Shown: positions 12,768 to 26,428 of the stretch, one piece after another
How positions within the stretch are numbered: position 1 is the first letter of the stretch
Layout: every line of letters begins with the position of its first letter
Assembly (NCBI GenBank): GCA_965235115.1
Contig: OZ249436.1
Coordinates: 46,190,001-46,254,000 of the forward strand
Direction: 5' to 3'
Source of the DNA: Laetmonice hystrix
Lineage: Eukaryota
Length of the DNA stretch: 64,000 bases
The notes under the pieces: generated by a model
What the model saw: only the letters and a program-made list of their open reading frames with translations
Database searches by the model: none
Told to the model about the DNA's origin: nothing
Position numbers and translations under genes: made by a program

Positions 12768-13910
12768 TTTGTAAGGACAGAGTGGGCCATGGCTGGGAGC
12801 CAATGACTTTGTAAGGACAGAGTGGGCCATGGCTGGGAGCCAATGACTTTGTAAGGACACAGTGGGCCATGGCTGGGTGCCAATGACTTTGTAAGGACAC
12901 AGTGGGCCATGGCTGGGGGCCAATGACTTTGTAAGGACACAGTGGGCCATGGCTGGGAGCCAATGACTTTGTAAGGACACAGTGGGCCATGGCTGGGAGC
13001 CAATGACTTTGTAAGGACACAGTGGGCCATGGCTGGGAGCCAATGACTTTGTAAGGACACAGTGGGCCATGGCTGGGGGCCAATGACTTTGTAAGGACAC
13101 AGTGGGCCATGGCTGGGGGCCAGTGACTTTGTAAGGACACAGTGGGCCATGGCTGGGAGCCAATGACTTTGTAAGGACACAGTGGGCCATGGCTGGTGGC
13201 CAATGACTTTGTAAGGACACAGTGGGCCATGGCTGGGAGCCAATGACTTTGTAAGGACACAGTGGGCCATGGCTGGGAGCCAATGACTTTGTAAGGACAC
13301 AGTGGGCCATGGCTGGGAGCCAATGACTTTGTAAGGACACAGTGGGCCATGGCTGGGTGCCAATGACTTTGTAAGGACACAGTGGGCCATGGCTGGGGGC
13401 CAATGACTTTGTAAGGACACAGTGGGCCATGGCTGGGAGCCAATGACTTTGTAAGGACACAGTGGGCCATGGCTGGGAGCCAATGACTTTGTAAGGACAC
13501 AGTGGGCCATGGCTGGGAGCCAATGACTTTGTAAGGACACAGTGGGCCATGGCTGGGGGCCAATGACTTTGTAAGGACACAGTGGGCCATGGCTGGGGGC
13601 CAGTGACTTTGTAAGGACACAGTGGGCCATGGCTGGGAGCCAATGACTTTGTAAGGACACAGTGGGCCATGGCTGGTGGCCAATGACTTTATAAGGACAC
13701 AGTGGGCCATGGCTGGGAGCCAATGACTTTGTAAGGACACAGTGGGCCATGGCTGGGAGCCAATGACTTTGTAAGGACACAGTGGGCCATGGCTGGGAGC
13801 CAATGACTTTGTAAGGACACAGTGGGCCATGGCTGGGGGCCAATGACTTTGTAAGGACACAGTGGGCCATGGCTGGGGGCCAGTGACTTTGTAAGGACAC
13901 AGTGGGCCAT
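12768..13910. repeat. 40-bp minisatellite, ~28 copies, with 480-bp (12-mer) higher-order repeat
   Basis: Unit GACTTTGTAAGGACACAGTGGGCCATGGCTGGGAGCCAAT; variant units recur at offset 480. Confidence 0.97.
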
Positions 13911-15189
13911 AGGAAGGGACATAATTATACAGGTTAACATCAGAGAGACTTTATCCATGTCTTGTATATGTAACAGACGCGTTCAGCACAAGTCACAAGT
14001 ATTTGACATTATCTTAACTCCCTTGAATGATTTCCAGCTCCGTTGATCACGAAGGCAGCAACGTCACCAAAAACGCATTATAAGTGATCATAGCTTTCTT
14101 ATGTGGAATTTGCATTCGATTGATATTGCTGGATATCTCAACGTCTGTAATAATGGATTCCGACTTCCCTGATACGTGGGCGCCGGTGAATCCTTAGTAT
14201 GCATGTCGATGTTTGAAAGGGAAGGCCAGGGTTGTTTGGCGAAACCTTTTATCATTTCCATAGCATGTGAATGAAAAAGTAAATTATATTCATGGACTTT
14301 GCCGACTCGCGCTAGAAATACAATGTATTTCATTAAGACACATGGGGAGGTGTCATTTTTACTCATGTCTATTTCGTAATAACATCTTTGGCCGAAGTCA
14401 TTGAAGAATAGTCCTCAGCACTGGTACATAGAATAAACTTTATGACAACGTTACCCATGTGTCACTGTGAATGCTAATATTTGTATTTCTCCCTTGCCAT
14501 ATAAAATACTGCAAACGTACATTTTCTGGCATTGAATTACTTTTGTAATGTTCTGTTAGGTGGCTTGTATTTCTAATGTAATTCATTTTAAATGTGACTA
14601 GAAAAGTTCTGTTAGCTTTGGAAGTTAAAATTGGAAATTAAAATTGAACAGAGGCAGACTGTACTGCGATTTTTAACATAGTTCAAAGCATACATGTTAT
14701 ACATCAGTATCTTTTCCTTGGATCTCCGAAGCGGATATATTTTTTTCTAAATAAATTTTCAAATTGATTAAAATTATGCTATTTCATTTCTCAGCTAAGT
14801 TCTTAAGAAGTTACTCTTTCACGGTACGATCCATATCGTAGTTAAACGTCTATTTAATATTCTGTACAGAGTTGTTGAAATAGTGATGGAATATCTTATT
14901 ATGAATTCGGTAGAGATAAAATAGGGCACATTAATGTGAATATTAGTGTGTATTTATCTCTGTCTCAACAATATTGATTGATTTCTCTGCCAGGCAAAAC
15001 ACGTTTGGTAATAGTGGATGGTAATAGTCTTAAAGAAAGTCAATTCACAATAGAACCATTTAGTGAATAATCAATGTGCCAAATTGTTGTTAAAACCAAA
15101 GACGTTTTTTTCTACATTATTCATAAAGCTCAAGTTTAAATAAAGACAACACTGCAGCCTAATGCTCTCAGTGTGAAAAGTGCCACTCA

Positions 15190-15359
15190 CTGCAGAATTG
15201 ATGAGAAGCGCTTCAGCTGGCAATAGAAATTCTACTCACAACCGGCTTCATTGTCGTCAGCACTTGAAAAGTGCCAACAAATATTACCCTGTATCATGCA
15301 GGAAGAGTGAAAATATACTAGAGAAAGGTTCCAATGGACAGTTCTCATCAATTCTGCAG
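15190..15359. repeat. 18-bp perfect inverted repeat with ~134-bp spacer
   Basis: CTGCAGAATTGATGAGAA (15190-15207) / TTCTCATCAATTCTGCAG (15342-15359); no TSD seen. Confidence 0.6.
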
Positions 15360-18300
15360 ACCTTTTAGAGAGGACCCTTAAATTCCCGGTTATAGCTCGT
15401 TCAGAAAAGATGTCAAGAGAATATTGCATTAGCTACGAACTAATCGTTTCCAGGAGAGGCTAAATGTGTTCAGAATGTGCGGGAAGCCATCACTAGAAAT
15501 ATATACTGACAGTATGTGCGGGTTCCATTTTCTCAGCTCCAAAGATACACATCTATTGAGATAAATATAGTCGGGATGGGTGGCCAGTGATGTAAAACAC
15601 ATGCTGCGAATTTTGATATGAATGCCACAGGTCACTGACGTTCATGATTCATGTTATCTTAGAGCGAATTCCCATTGGTTGACCTGAGCATCATATCTCT
15701 GTGTTCGCATCTTAGCCCTTATCTGTCTCGCCTATTTCAACTGGTAATCTTTGGATATACATCTTCGATACAGCGACAAGTGGACCATAAAACCAGGTCT
15801 GTAGCCTGGCTCAAACACGCGGGGGGCGTGCCTCCTGATCAAGCACCAGGTGTCAATAACTTTAGATTTTGGGGATTCTATTAACTAACCCCCCAAAAAC
15901 TGGAACCACCTGACCTTTGCAAGAAGAGTCTTCATAACAAAATGAAGTCCTACAGTAACAAATATAACCGCATTTCATTTCCAGTAGCAAAAAGAAATTC
16001 TTCCCCCCTTTTTTTCGTTGCTTAACAAACATAGACTCATCTCGTATCCAACGATCCTCCCCTTATTAACCTGCAGGTATTCATAAACATGAAGGCCACG
16101 CCTGAGACGTTGTTTCTTTCGTGTGTGTTTTTTTCAGCAAGGGGATATACAGTTGATGGGTGTATCCGTAACATCCCTCTGAGGTGCATGATTAGTCATT
16201 GGTAGCTGTGGATCCGGGAGATCCAGTTGTTGGGCAAGATAAGATAATCAGGTAGTCCGACTAAAGTCTCCGTACCAATTAACCAGCCGATAGACCAGGA
16301 GAAAACTGCGGCTCAGGACATCAGACCTCGGCGTTAGTTCTTGATTGGGTGAGATAGGGCCAGGCAAGGTCAGGCAAGGTCAGGTGAAGGGAGGATGTAG
16401 GCGAGGATGACCCATCAGCTCCTTGACATGATAAGGAGATGGACCATGCTCTAGGATGACGCACACAGGACCAGCCACAGTCCTTATTGAACACACACTT
16501 GTCGGCATCTGACGATACACGATTGCCGGTCCATTGTCTCGTTTCGTTTGTTTTTACTTTGTCCATTAGAACAAAGTACGTTTCGCCACTTGAAAGCATT
16601 CTTGATCTGACAATTGTGTGAAGTGACGCCTACATGTGCCATTATGACGAATGTTGTGAGAAGGAATAAGAACGAGACCTCTGCACTGATTACTGTGGAT
16701 CTATGACCCTCGGAACACAAAGGTCTTGACCAGTTCAGTCAACAGACAGCTGGCGCTTATAAACTTAGTAAGAATAGAAACAACTCGGAGCATGACCAGT
16801 CATCAGAGGACTGGGCAGTGTGGCTCCTATTTGGAGAAATCCTCGTTTATTCTTGGGAAACTATTTAAAAAAACAATCTTCCCACAAGTGTGTTTGTGGT
16901 TTGTCGGCATGGCATTCATATTGGGTTGAAATCTGCAAGCTGCCTGTTAGCGTCGTTGATATGGAGACAGGCTGTCCCCCAGAGGAGTGGATAAACCGGC
17001 AATTCTCTTGTCGCCTGTGGTATAGATACCTACATAGAGTCCACCGTTGCGCTAAACCCAACCACACTCGAGAGCCAGAGGACATTGACTCCAAGGACTT
17101 TATCTTTGTGGGTCCACCGGCGCTTAAAGAGGACCCCAGGACCCTGGAGAATCTCTATCATTGCAAGCTTTGCATCTGCCTGTCCTGGATGTAGATGCCT
17201 CCATTAAACTCATGAGTTTTTCTTCTGTATCCACCAATGAACCCCTGGGGACTGACGAGAAACTCTCTGATGACAAGTCATCCTATGGGAAAGGTCTTAA
17301 GTGACATTTGTTACCTTTGACATATTTAAGAAAGAACCAATTTAAAGCTTGTGTTAGGGATTATACAAGCCAGCTTGCACTGAATGTTTACAAAGATATT
17401 CTTGTATAAGAAGCTGTATTTACCACGTAAATGTTGCTTCAAGCCAAATGGGGCACTGCGTTTTGAATCAGTACTCCATTTTAGCAAACCTGTCACTTCC
17501 AACTTTGTATTTGTCCCTGAATTGCCTCCTATGCCTTGTCATTTTTGCCCGACACATCTTTGGCAGAAACGGTTTCAAAGGTCGCATTGCTGTCAAAGGA
17601 TCGGTTCTACAGATTTATGATCCTTTGATTACACTGATCTCTCTAACCGTTAGAGATAAGAACGGGATCGTGGTGATTGTTGGGAAGCTTTTAACCTTAC
17701 ACGCTGTGTCAATATCCTAGAATACTTGTGGCCCATAACCACAGCAGACTAGTAAAGAATTCAAACGATGCTCATTCATAAACTTTGACAGGCAGCCTTC
17801 TGCGGACAGCAATTGCTTTGCAAGCATCATGGTTTTCGGTCGCTTGGGCCGAGACTTATTTTTCTTGACGCCCCCAAAGGTGCCGTGCTCTGATAACGTG
17901 ACCTATTTCCAGCTAGAGCATTATGGGTAAGGCTGTACCCACGCCATGTTGGCTTAACCTTGATGGAATATCAGTGATTGGCGAATTCCATGCTCCTGCC
18001 GGCCCTGTCGCGACTGATGAGAGTTGCAACCCGTGTAGTGTGTGAACAGCCATGACCTTGGCTGGCCTCTTCCGGTATTGCCACACAAAGGTCATGCCAA
18101 GGTTATGTGTCTGATTCGGTCGCCATCCGCCCTCAAGGTTTTGTGTCAATCGGACTTGAATGGCATTCCTTCGTGGAGCTAGATCTTCTGTTTACCCGGC
18201 TATTGTCGATGTGTTACGTGTATACTCCACGTGATTTAAATCGATCATTCTGTCAAGTTCTCGGCAAGAAGTCAATAACACGTGATGACTTATCCGCTCA

Positions 18301-18657
18301 ACTGTGTGTGTCGTGTGCATCACAACCTTCAATAGCATGACATCAATCAGTAGCGTGATACCTAGCGGAGCACTGCACATCTCAGAAACCGACAACTTTA
18401 TTTTGATTACACATCAGTGCACACATGACTGTATATCTCGAGACCCTACCTACAATTTTTCTCTTCTCCGTGTATAAGGTATGGTTTGACCGCGCACAGA
18501 TAGATAAAGAGTTCAGAATTAAACCAAAACAACGAAACCGCACACATTCATAAAAGAAATGGAAATAAGTTGTAGTTAGGGCATACCATTGCGATTTCCA
18601 CATGGAGATATATCACTCAAAATCTACAAATCACATAAGTGCATACCCTCTGGCTAC

Positions 18658-18800
18658 CTTGGTGGAAGTGCCGTTATATACGTGAACAGGGAGGGAAACT
18701 CGGCCCTTTAAGTAGAGATATTTCCATGTTCCATGAAGTCTGTGGGCTGTCAGCTCGAGCAGTTTCAAGTCAAGTGATCTTCCGTCCATGACAGGATAAT
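18658..18800 (-). CDS. Candidate internal exon (N/D)YPVMDGRSLDLKLLELTAHRLHGTWKYLYLKGRVSLPVHVYNGTSTK
   Basis: TTATTTAG acceptor, open frame, AAG|GTAGCC donor; phase-1 start is compatible with the first-exon candidate at 28052-28097; no family recognised. Confidence 0.25.
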
Positions 18801-21411
18801 CTAAATAACAATCACCAGGGCATGGCGAGGCTCTCATTTTCTCCCCATTAGATGGTAGCAGTGTCTTCTCAAGTCATGTGGCTTCTTTTTCTTCCTGAGT
18901 TTTTGAGAGGAAGGTCAGAGTTTACGCTTGTGTTTTGCCTGTAGCAGTCGTGTTTTGCATCCATGGATAGGTCCGGGGTTTTCTCACTGATAACAAGGGT
19001 TCTCAATCATCGAGAACTTCCACGGTCTACAACATTCACAGCTCTCTCCCGCACTACTCCCTCTGTCTCTCCCTCTGAAATATTGAAGAAAACGTGATTA
19101 GATTATAGATTTAATTTTAATTTTTAAAACATGTACAGGACCACCTGGTTGTTCTGTTACAAGTTGTCTGTAAACTTCAGAAATTCTGAACCGGAAGTAC
19201 AAATTTACAGTTAATTGGAAATAATGAGGGGAACTGTCTCGCTCAGAAAGGCGTGACGAGTGGGCGTGACTCTGGGGCGTGACGCACTCTTCAAGTAGTT
19301 CTAGGTGTCTGTCTACATGCCACAATCTGTGAACATCATTCTGATGTTTTACATGCTAGGCACGATGATTAGATAAAGCCCCAGTTATCGCCCAGATTCC
19401 ATGTGTAAAGGATTATCCTCTTAGCGATGTATTTCGGATTATATCTGACAGAAATCTGAGGCTGTCCATGATATCATCTGGAAGGATACATGTCAGTAAT
19501 ATTCCTTCATTAGGAGTTACCAGCAATACCTAACTGGACAGCAGAATTGTTGCGAGCACCCTGCATGCTAAAACAGTTGGATTTTTTCGCTATTTTCCCG
19601 TGGGCAAAAAGGGTAGATCTAAGGGCCATTCTGGACCAACTCGAGAACTTCCAGTCTGAGACTCGAGTGGTCATGTAACTGATGTTTCTGTCGATTTTCT
19701 GATCATGATGTCTGTCGGAGGAACATCACCATTTGGCTGCAAGCCAAGAGTATCACGGCGGAGAAAAGTTTGTGTTGTGGCATAACTCAGACCTCAGTGG
19801 AGAGATATGTTGGGTGGTGGCACGGCGTAAAGAGTACGGTACGGTAGCCGAAAAGTACAAATCCCATACACCAGCAGAGTTTTCACCTACCCTCCACATT
19901 TCGCTCGTTCACTAGCTCAATTTACCTTTTTCTCACAGGATTTCGTTGCTAGGCATTCATTTCCCGGAAATAGAAATATCATATGAGAGAGAAATGGCAG
20001 CGTCGTAAAACAATTTGGCCCACGGTGAAAAGAAATCTTGACGGTAAAGAGAAATTTGGCTAGCGTAGGAGCGAAATGTGCAATATAGGAATGATGTCCG
20101 CCAGCAAAGGAGGTTTGTTCTTTTCGGCCACCGTAGGCTGGGGCGGGGGGGGGGGGGGGGGGGGGTTCTGCATCCCGGAGTACGAGCGCGGGAAGGGCCA
20201 GGCACGAGAGGCTGACGGATCACCGGCAGCAGGAACGGAGGCAGTCCGTCAGCATTGGCGGTACGGCTAGAAGGCGGAGGGGGGGGGGGGGGCTCTGGGG
20301 TCCACAGGATGGCAAGCTGGAGGAGGGGGTCCAGGGGGTCCACAGGATGGCAGGCTGGGGAGGGGCCTGTGGTGCGGAGGGGTATCCCCCAAATGGGGAT
20401 GGAATGTGGCAGGTGCGTCAAGTGAATTATCAAACCAATCCTGTGGATCACATGAAGAGATGGAAGTGTGCACAAGGGGAAAATGTTAAAGATAATGACG
20501 AACACAGGATGTGAGACGAGATACCTCCACTGTTACCGGACAGCAGCCATGTCAAGCCGGCCATTCTGATGTGGTCTCGTAAGAAGACTATGGAAATGTC
20601 ATATGGATTAGATTTACTGTACATCACTATTATATCTTACATGATACTTCAAACTTTCAGTTGAATGTTTCACATGTTATATTGAATATTTACAATCAAG
20701 TGACACTGTATGAAGTACTCGGGGCCCAGAGTTCCTCCTCAATGTGCATCAAGTTACTGGTCTGTGAGAGATATCTGGGAGTAGTGGAGTAACCCAGGGA
20801 GGGGGGGGGGGGGCTGGCCCTCCTTACCATTTTAAAGGGGGAGCAGGTGATACCAAGTGGATCCACCGTCCACTGAGAGCACAGGACATACACCAGCCCA
20901 GCCATTAACGCTACCAGTCGCTCACTGTATTACCTCCTGGCCTGCCAATAAGTCATCGCCGTAATTGGCCGAGACATGTTTTATGTGTTCTTTCCCGAGG
21001 ATGGAAAGCCGAGGCAGTGTCACCTGGCTACTTGAACGACATAGTTGTGTACCACTTTGTGAGAGTCCTAGGAACTACAGCAGTGTCCCAGAGTATCGGG
21101 AGCCAATGAGGAAACCGGTTCCTTGGGATATTTCGTTGAGGTTTTACGTTGAGGTTTTATAGCTCTATGCAAGCGCCCAGGAACCGCCTGTTGCCTAGAT
21201 AAAGGGTTGTAATGTGTAACATTTTATGTAACAGTTGCATGACTTCCCGTTATCTTCTCATTTGTTAAAATTCTACATTTAACGGGATATTTTAAAAGAA
21301 GAATGGCAGCTAACTGATAACTGGCTTTCCATGACACATCCAATGTATGAAAAGAAACCTTCATTATTCGCAAAGTACGTTTGATGAAAATATGTTCAAA
21401 CTTGATCGTAT

Positions 21412-21985
21412 CAGATTCTCCGCCGCCTTGTCAGTGTGAAGACCATCAGTGGGAACTTGTAAAGTCCGGATATTTCAGATTCCTTACCGCCTTGTCAGTG
21501 TGAAGACCATCAGTGGGAACTTGTAAAGTCCGGATATTTCAGATTCTCCTCCGCCTTGTCAGTGTGAAGACCATCAGTGGGAACTTGTAAAGTCCGGATA
21601 TTTCAGATTCTCCGCCGCCTTGTCAGTGTGAAGACCATCAGTGGGAACTTGTAAAGTCCGGATATTTCAGATTCTCCTCCGCCTTGTCAGTGTGAAGACC
21701 ATCAGTGGGAACTTGTAAAGTCCGGATATTTCAGATTCTCCGCCGCCTTGTCACTGTGAAGACCATCAGTGGGAACTTGTAAAATCCGGATATTTCAGAT
21801 TCCCTACCGCCTTGTCAGTGTGAAGACCATCAGTGGGAACTTGTAAAGTCCGGATATTTCAGATTCTCCGCCGCCTTGTCAGTGTGAAGGCCATCAGTGG
21901 GAACTTGTAAAGTCCGGACAGTTCAGATTCCCTACCGCCTTGTCAGTGTGAAGACCATCAGTGGGAACTTCCGGATATTTGAGAT
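21412..21985. repeat. 64-bp minisatellite, ~9 copies
   Basis: Unit CAGATTCTCCGCCGCCTTGTCAGTGTGAAGACCATCAGTGGGAACTTGTAAAGTCCGGATATTT. Confidence 0.95.
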
Positions 21986-23400
21986 CCCACAACAAACCAC
22001 AGTAAAGTATGTCCTGAGACGGACCACCTGCAAGGCCTCATTCCCGCGTCAAACCACAACACCAGTGAATCCATGTTGGTAGTCAGCGCCAGGATTCCCA
22101 GCAATACCAAAGAAGAGGACCCCCCCCCTTCATACACAACATCTATAGCTGCCGCCCTGAAACCCTAAAACCCCAAACAGCACGTGGCTGCAACCACAAC
22201 CACCTTGTGAACCACATTAAGTGATGTCAAGTTGTCATCCCAATTCCAACGACTGGTGAATTGCCATCTCCTCCCCGCTTACTGCTCCCCCTTTCGCTGA
22301 GGTTTCCACCACTGACACGTTAGTGTACAACAGCTGGGCCCCGTTGCATATTCAAGAACCGGCCGATAAGGATCGTTAAAATGTTCAAAAGCGTTGCATA
22401 TTACAGATTTAGCAGTCACTAAAATCAGAGTGTTGCATAAAAAGAGGTCGCAAATAGTGGTCCTTAAAGGTGTTGCACAAAGTAGCGCTCCTTAAGGGGG
22501 GTCTCTCTGTACAATCGCTGAACCGCCTAACAGTTCCTAAAATGGTTGCTAGAGGCCTCCACTAAGGCCCACCAAAAAGGTGCGCGCTAAAGGCTGGAAG
22601 AGTGGAGTGTGTCCCATCTACCAGGGCGCCATTGCATATTTTTTCCCCTTAAGGATCACTAAAACCTTTACGATCCTTATTTTTTTGCGACTAGGTTAGC
22701 GCTCGCAATGTTAGAAGTCGCTATCTGCAACGCGCCCAATATTACCAGTCGTTACACAATCCCCATTAGTGGTCGTAAAAGTACCTGAGAGCAGCACCTC
22801 ACTGCAACACCAGCTTCTTGAGGCAGTTCCCGGCCCTGTTGCATATTTTTCCCCCTTAAGGATCACCAAAAACCTTTACGATCCTTATTTTTTTGCGACT
22901 ACTAAGGGCTCTACTGACCGTGCCGTTGCATATCAGATACCCCATGTTGTCACAAGGGTTAGCGCTCGCAATGTTAGAAGTCGCTATCTGCAACGCGCCC
23001 AATATTAGCAGTCGTTACACAATCCCCATTAGTGGTCGTAAAAGTACCTGAGAGCAACACCTCACTGCGACACCAGCTTCTTGAGGCAGTTCCCTAATTA
23101 GTCGTCAGGGGGCGAAATGGGTAGACCGGACTTGGCCGTGTAGCCTATGTTGCTTCATGTCAATATTGTCCATGTTCACCAAAGCCGGTCTTTTATGAGT
23201 CGTAAAATAACATAATAATAAAGTACTTTTAGTGTTAATTCAAAGTATTTTAATGATTTTTTGCTAAAGGCTGACATTATATTTTATTATATTTTATTAT
23301 ATATTTCCCCAATTGCCACACAAATGTCTAAGCCAGATGTCACAGTTTATACAGAAAGCTTGAATTCATGTAGGAATACCCCTTATCTCCTACACAAAGT

Positions 23401-23815
23401 CTATATAGCCTGTATCGAAGGATAGATCGTGTTCCTGTCTGTTACGAGCAATCGCCAGTAATATTTACCCTTAATTACGGCCAGTTTGGCTCAGTCCCGT
23501 TTTTTTATTTAATGTTTTTTAAATGTATTTATCTATTCTATATAGCCTGTATCGAAGGATAGATCGTGTTCCTGTCTGTTACGAGCAATCGCCAGTAATA
23601 TTTACCCTTAATTACGGCCAGTTTGGCTCAGTCCCGTTTTTTTTTATTTAATGTTTTTTAAATGTATTTATCTATTCTATATAGCCTGTATCGAAGGATA
23701 GATCGTGTTCCTGTCTGTTACGAGCAATCGCCAGTAATATTTACCCTTAATTACGGCCAGTTTGGCTCAGTCCCGTTTTTTTAATTAATGTTTTTTAAAT
23801 GTATTTATCTATTTA
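23401..23815. repeat. ~138-bp tandem repeat x3 with T-rich tail
   Basis: Unit starts CTATATAGCCTGTATCGAAGGATAGATCG at 23401, 23538, 23677. Confidence 0.93.
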
Positions 23816-24005
23816 ATGTTTGTCAAAACCCCACAATAGCGGGCACTCCTATTAAGACTACTCCGCATTGTGACCACTTTTTGTCAGTCCCAAATGGCCT
23901 TCCAACCCTTCACTCCGGCTCTAAACTATTGTCGCCAAGGTGCATGTGTAACAACCCCACTTTGAAATTACGCACTTAAACATTGTTCAAAGTCCGTTAA
24001 GAATT

Positions 24006-24150
24006 GGGTCCACGTCAACGCACTTTCAGTTTTTTTTAAGTGCGTTGAAGTGGACCCGAATCTTAACGCACTTTGAAAAAGAAATCAAAGTGCGTTGAGG
24101 TGGTTCAACATTTAACGCATTTTGAAAATATTTTTTAAAGTGCGCAATTT
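24006..24150. repeat. Cluster of short hairpins built on AACGCACTT/AAGTGCGTT
   Basis: GGGTCCAC..AACGCACTT..AAGTGCGTT..GTGGACCC followed by two more AACGCA..TGCG stem-loops. Confidence 0.7.
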
Positions 24151-24207
24151 TTTCAGAGTGGTTTGTTATAGATCTGTCAATCAAGTTGAGACAACAACGG
24201 CACAATG

Positions 24208-25068
24208 ACTGGTTATGACACTGATCACCGTAACGCGCGTTACGCCGATCCGAGATGAAGGAAGGCAAGTCTCGCGTCAACTAAAACTAGGTGTAGTTCA
24301 AGCAGTTCCATTTCTCTGCATTGACAACAAAGAGAAGCCATATTTATGTTGTATCATAGTTTTATATTGAAGGATGGCCTATAAAGGCGCAGATGTTAAA
24401 AAAGGTGTAGGCCTAGCCCTAGGTACAATTCCCTTTAGGCCCTAAGGCTTGTGCAAAATCAAACAAAAAATCAAACAAGTTTGAAATGATAAGTCTAAGT
24501 ATTCACCGTCTATTATTTCACCAACTTAAATTGGTGTTAAATTGGCGTTACGGGTATCATTGCCGCATCCATTTTCTCTTAATTTAAGCCCTGCTAGGAC
24601 CCTGAAATAAGACAAACGGCAGTCTACGCTGTTATCATGTTATTTAGACGTTGTCCTGATGTTGTTGATGTACGGAAGCCCGTTGATGCCACAATGTGAA
24701 CATATTTCATATAGCCGCCGCGACATAATAACTGGCGGCCCCGACATAATTATGTGGCGGCCGCCACATAATAACTGGCGGCCGCCACATAATAACTGGC
24801 GGCCGCGAGTTATTATGTCGCGGCCGCCACATAATTATGTGGCGGCCGCCACATAATTATATCGCAGCCGCCACATAATTATGTCGCGGCCGCCACATAA
24901 TTATGTCGCGGCGGCTATATGAAATATTTTCACATTGTGGCATTAACGGGCTTCCGTATTGAAGCACCGTAACCCTTGCAACTTGGACAAAAACACGCGA
25001 AGCGAGTATCGAGATCCTCCATTTATGATCAGCGTAACGCGCGTTACGGTGATCAGTGTCTAACCAGT
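24208..25068. mobile_element. ~860-bp non-autonomous TIR element nested in the composite
   Basis: ~43-bp TIRs ACTGGTTA(T)GACACTGATCACCGTAACGCGCGTTACGC(C/T)GATC at 24208-24250 and 25027-25068; TSD ambiguous (possibly TA in a palindromic site). Confidence 0.7.
24671..24958. mobile_element. 288-bp foldback element, IS3EU-like termini
   Basis: ~60-bp TIRs starting TACGGAAGCCC; core of 21-22-bp self-complementary units; flanks TTGATG / TTGAAG (5/6 match, putative 6-bp TSD). Confidence 0.75.
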
Positions 25069-25184
25069 GACTCACACATAGGCCTATACGATCCCTGGAA
25101 TAGCTTTCCTTTCACAACCATCTGTGTGCTGGCCAGCTTTATCCTTGTTAGCTCCATGTTATCCTTTGTTATCAGTGAACAAAC

Positions 25185-25403
25185 CAAGGGCGGATTCAGG
25201 ATTTTTGTAGGGGGGGGGGGGCGTGGGGTGGAGGGGGCGTGGGGTGGAGGGGGGGGGGCGTGGGGTGGAGGGGGGCGTGGGGTGGAGGGGGGGCGTGGGG
25301 TGGAGGGGGCGTGGAGTCTGAGTGGTAAACTGTGCGCTACGCAAAGTATGGGTGCAAGCCATTTTTATGGGGGGTGCGCCCCCACCCCCTCGATCCGCCC
25401 CTG
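25185..25403. mobile_element. MITE with CA(A/G)GGGCGGAT..GATCCGCCCCTG ends and G-rich tandem core
   Basis: Termini CAAGGGCGGATTC / GATCCGCCCCTG; internal GGGGGCGTGGGGTGGA x~6; CAAAC on both flanks. Confidence 0.6.
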
Positions 25404-26428
25404 CAAACGATTTTAACGGCGGTATTTTTGCTATAACCTAATTTCTCAGCTTCTCCCCCATTCTACTATAAACTGACCATCCTTTATGAGTTAATTCAGT
25501 ATCAGTATCTGGACTTCCATTATACATGCTACAAAGAGTTCCGACCCATAAATACAACGTATACCCCATTATGTCACTCGTGTAGGCTCCAGGTAGATGA
25601 GACACTCCACTCTTCCAGCCTTTAGCGCGCACCTTTTAGGTGGGCCTTATCGGAGGCCTCTAGCAACCATTTTAGCAACTGTTAGGCGGTTTAGCAATCG
25701 TACAGAGAGACCTCGCTTAAGGAGCGCTACTTTGTGCAACGCCTATAAGGACCACTATTTGTGACCTCTTTCTTATGCAACACTCTGATTTTAGTGACTG
25801 CTAAATCTGTGCAACACTTTCGATCATTTTAACAATCCTTATCGGCTGGTTCTATTATTATTTCCCTGCTCAACAACTCTGAACTGCAAGATCACGGTGC
25901 AGGCTGTGTGCTCTTAACACGGCAGCTGCTGGTGGCTAACGTACTTTGGTTGTTTCCACTGCAGTCCCTGACTTTGTGTGGGAGGGATATTCCTATACAT
26001 GAATTCCAACTTTCTGTATTAAAACTGTGACATGTGGCTTGGACATTTTGTGTGGCAATTGGGGGGAAAGTGATAAGCAATACGTACCTGGAGGGGTTCT
26101 AGTAATCCACGTTAGTTGTTGACCGATATAGACAAAATGACCGACTTTCTCTCACAGGTAAATTTGACAGCTGTGATCGTAAGGTGTCACTGCTGCCTAT
26201 GTGTCAAGACACACAAAACATTTCTCTTATATTTAGGGGAGGGATCACCTACCAAAACGGTCATATCTCTGGCAGTTTTCAACAGATCTTAATGAAAATT
26301 GTTGTGCTTAAAGAAGGTAGGAAGCCAAATTTATGACAAGTTTCTCCTGTGACATGGCTTTTTCGCGTCATGACGTCATTTACCTATTCTAGATAGGACC
26401 TTCGTACTTGTAGGTCTGTGTGTCTCAA

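Noticed and set aside
12768-13910. RAG/Transib recombination signals (CACAGTG heptamer in most 40-bp units)
   Set aside because: There is no ACAAAAACC-like nonamer at 12- or 23-bp spacing and no RAG/Transib ORF.
12654-13958. 338-386-aa ORFs as real proteins
   Set aside because: The same 40-aa repeat appears in all three frames, which is a consequence of a stop-free 40-bp unit.
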